A stretch of 63,899 nucleotides of DNA, the filler included. It is 4 parts of 4 records of this genome, joined end to end, with 100 filler letters (N's around TTAATTAATTAA, not from the genome) between each part and the next. Parts side by side here need not be neighbours in the genome. Positions count along the whole stretch, not along the records: positions 55,696 to 63,899 come from SRR22947727_1921; 3 more parts are not named here. One strand, written 5' to 3'. The notes under the pieces were generated by a model that did no database searches, was not told the DNA's origin, and saw only the letters and a program-made list of their open reading frames with translations. Every line of letters starts with the position of its first letter. Positions within the stretch are counted from its first letter, which is position 1. The translations under genes and the position numbers were made by a program. This document shows, in pieces, positions 61,681 through 63,899 of the stretch.

Positions 61681-62849
61681 TCCGAGCCTTTTGGCGGAAG
61701 CGCAGAATTCCGTTGGCATCCTTGATGCTGATCCGTCAGCCCGTTCGTCTAGCTGTTGCTCTGGCCGGTATCAGCTTCGCCGGAATTCTGATGTTTATGC
61801 AGCTGGGCTTCCGCGACGGCTTGTTTGACGCCAGCGTCACCGTGCATCGCCTATTTGATGCAGACATCGTCCTAATCAGCCCACGCTCTACCAGTTCCGT
61901 GAGCATGGCCGGCTTCCCTCGTAGACGACTGATTCAAGCCATGGCCTCTCCTGAGGTTGAAGGGATTACTCCCGTCCACTGGAATCTGCTGCTTTGGAGG
62001 AATCCAGAAACCCTTGGGACACGATCCATTCTTGCGTTGGGATTTGAACCAGGCCATCCTCTTTTCACCGATCCAACGCTGGCAGAAAAAGCCAAGCTGC
62101 TCACACAGAAAGGCCGGGTCTTATTTGACGAAAAATCGCGAGCAGAATTTGGTCCCGTAGCCGAATGGTTTCGTGAGGGACGCACTGTTGAAAGTGAAAT
62201 CAATGGCAAAAGAGTTCGCGTAGCAGGCCTGATTGGCCTTGGGGCGTCGTTTGGTGCTGATGGCAACTTATTAACGAGCAGCGAAACATTTTTGGATTTA
62301 ATTCCAAACACCCCCTCGGGAAGCATCGAAGTGGGCTTGGTTCGCCTTAAGCCTGGAAGTGATGCAGAGCAGGTGGCTCAACGCCTTCAATCTCAATTAC
62401 CAGATGATGTGACCGTGCTGACAAAGCAAGGATTCATCGATTTCGAGCAAAATTACTGGCGTACAAGCACATCCATTGGCTTCATTTTTACCCTTGGTGC
62501 CGCCATGGGTTTCGTGGTGGGCTGCGTCATTGTCTATCAAGTTCTGTATTCAGATGTCAGCGATCATTTGCCCGAATACGCCACCCTGATGGCGATGGGT
62601 TACAAGCTCAATAGTTTGCTGGGAGTTGTGGTCAGAGAAGGCCTGTTGCTTGCTCTGTTTGGTTACTTACCGGCCTACGCCGCCGGACAGGGCCTATACC
62701 TCTTGGTGCGAAACGCCACCCAGTTGCCAGTGGCGATGAACACGGTTCGAGCCGTGAGCGTGTTCAGCATGATCTTGATCATGTGCATGCTCTCAGCAGG
62801 TCTTGCCATGCGCCGACTCGTTGATGCCGATCCCGCGGAGATCTTTTAA
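61677..62849 (+). CDS. devC: ABC transporter permease DevC
   Basis: VALAGISFAGILMFMQLGFRDGLF, IVYQVLYSDVSDHLPEYATL, DADPAEIF. Confidence 0.93.
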   Translation: MIRAFWRKRRIPLASLMLIRQPVRLAVALAGISFAGILMFMQLGFRDGLFDASVTVHRLFDADIVLISPRSTSSVSMAGFPRRRLIQAMASPEVEGITPVHWNLLLWRNPETLGTRSILALGFEPGHPLFTDPTLAEKAKLLTQKGRVLFDEKSRAEFGPVAEWFREGRTVESEINGKRVRVAGLIGLGASFGADGNLLTSSETFLDLIPNTPSGSIEVGLVRLKPGSDAEQVAQRLQSQLPDDVTVLTKQGFIDFEQNYWRTSTSIGFIFTLGAAMGFVVGCVIVYQVLYSDVSDHLPEYATLMAMGYKLNSLLGVVVREGLLLALFGYLPAYAAGQGLYLLVRNATQLPVAMNTVRAVSVFSMILIMCMLSAGLAMRRLVDADPAEIF

Positions 62850-62853
62850 AGCA

Positions 62854-63546
62854 ATGGCAACGAGCTCACTCACCATTGATATCCAGGCACTGAGCCATTG
62901 GTATGGCAAAGGCTCAACCCGCAGGCAGGTTCTGCAAGATGTGGACCTGCAAATTTCTGCAGGTGAGGTGGTCTTACTCACGGGTCCGTCCGGCTGTGGC
63001 AAAACAACCTTGCTCACCTTGATCGGAGCGTTACGAAAGGTTCAGGAGGGTGATGTTGAAGTGTTTGGACAGCAGTTACGCGGAGCGGCTCGAGGCCAAC
63101 GTCAGCGCTTGCGCCGTCGCATCGGCATGATTTTCCAGGGCCACAATCTTTTGCGCTGTCTCACCGCTGAACAAAATGTTCAGATGGGAGCTGATTTGTT
63201 GCCGAATCTTGGCTACAGGGCTCGTCGCGATCAAGCACGGGAGTGGTTGCGCTCTGTGGGACTAGAGGACGAATTGGGAAAACTTCCCCATGACCTGTCT
63301 GGGGGACAAAAGCAGCGCGTAGCGATCGCCAGAGCTCTTGCAGCCAAACCTCAGCTCCTCTTAGCCGATGAACCAACCGCTGCTCTCGACAGCGGCACAG
63401 GCCGAGAAGTTGTTGAGTTGTTGAAGCGCCTCGCGCGAGAACAGTCGTGTTCTGTCCTGATGGTGACGCACGATCCGCGCATCCTTGATGTGGCAGATCG
63501 TCTTGTTCGAATGGAAGATGGGCGTCTTTACCAGACGATTAGTTAA
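62854..63546 (+). CDS. devA: ABC transporter ATP-binding protein DevA
   Basis: GPSGCGKT, LSGGQKQRVAIARAL, ADEPTAALD, VTHD. Confidence 0.92.
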   Translation: MATSSLTIDIQALSHWYGKGSTRRQVLQDVDLQISAGEVVLLTGPSGCGKTTLLTLIGALRKVQEGDVEVFGQQLRGAARGQRQRLRRRIGMIFQGHNLLRCLTAEQNVQMGADLLPNLGYRARRDQAREWLRSVGLEDELGKLPHDLSGGQKQRVAIARALAAKPQLLLADEPTAALDSGTGREVVELLKRLAREQSCSVLMVTHDPRILDVADRLVRMEDGRLYQTIS

Positions 63547-63584
63547 GTTGGTCTGAGTTTAAGAATTGGAATTTTCCAAAACGC

Positions 63585-63740
63585 ATGGCTAAGCGCAGAA
63601 ACCTCAAGAAGGAAAAGCAGGAGCGCAATCGCGCTTACGCCCGCAAATTTAAAAAGCGCAAGCTTCGCAACGATGGCCGTGGTGAAGGTGCTGGTAACGG
63701 AGTGACCGGTACGGCAAATAATGGTGGTGCTGCGGATTGA
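63585..63740 (+). CDS. Small basic cyanobacterial protein (51 aa), below track cutoff
   Basis: MAKRRNLKKEKQERNRAYARKFKKRKLRNDGRGEGAGNGVTGTANNGGAAD; followed by terminator. Confidence 0.75.
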   Translation: MAKRRNLKKEKQERNRAYARKFKKRKLRNDGRGEGAGNGVTGTANNGGAAD

Positions 63741-63772
63741 ACGCTTTGGCGTGACCCTGCATCGTTTGTATT

Positions 63773-63799
63773 AAGAGAGGGGGAGACCCCTCTCTTTTT
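63773..63799 (+). terminator. Intrinsic terminator
   Basis: AAGAGAGGGG-GAGA-CCCCTCTCTT-TTT. Confidence 0.8.
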
Positions 63800-63841
63800 A
63801 ATGGCTTTAGGCTGAACCCTTAATGCCTCTGTTTCGCGCGG

Positions 63842-63899
63842 ATGTTCATCAGCGTCGTCATCCCCACTTACAACCGGCGCTCCATTCTTGAGAAGTGTC
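63842..63899 (+). CDS. Glycosyltransferase family 2, N-terminus only
   Basis: MFISVVIPTYNRRSILEKC. Confidence 0.85.
   Translation, partial: MFISVVIPTYNRRSILEKC

Noticed and set aside
57465-63546. Inactive M16 subunit and pcyA-devBCA translational coupling
   Set aside because: Active/inactive M16 pairs are well known, and this gene order is, as I recall, standard in marine picocyanobacteria.

Overview
The window is an artificial concatenation of four contigs joined by 100-nt linkers (44 N + TTAATTAATTAA + 44 N) at 17368-17467, 43588-43687 and 55596-55695. Adjacency across linkers is therefore meaningless. (1) 1-17367, high-GC actinobacterium: kgd (partial), DUF6104-like, sodX/sodN, then an accessory stretch (lipoprotein, CDGSH protein, small hypothetical, type III PKS-methyltransferase-FAD monooxygenase-UbiA cluster, ArsI/CadI, GNAT, secreted protein, heliorhodopsin), anti-sigma/SigB-F pair, a degenerate cobT, gcvT, pepA, lpdA, sucB (partial). 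(2) 17468-43587, low-GC Flavobacteriaceae: menaquinone cluster lacking menB, dnaK, sdaA, panB, RluA, short leuA plus a degenerate leuB-like gene, pheT, ABC-F, lipoprotein. (3) 43688-55595, actinobacterium: RDD, glnA with GlnR boxes, glnE, glnA2, nadE, MFS, panB with a pan-like leader hairpin, npdG, histone-like fragment. (4) 55696-63899, marine Synechococcus-like: tRNA-Pro 3' end, small hypotheticals, M16 peptidase pair, pcyA, devBCA, GT2 start. The most striking observation: directly downstream of sodN, the last 7-8 codons of sodN plus a hairpin recur three more times (WETNKA*, WETKKAA*, KETKNAG*). Each recurrence follows a CTCC|(TG/AA)GGAGACC junction and they delimit 0.2-0.7 kb units. This looks like an integrase-less mini-cassette array growing at an attachment site inside the sodN 3' end. 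Taxonomy and family calls come from recognition of the translations, not from database searches.
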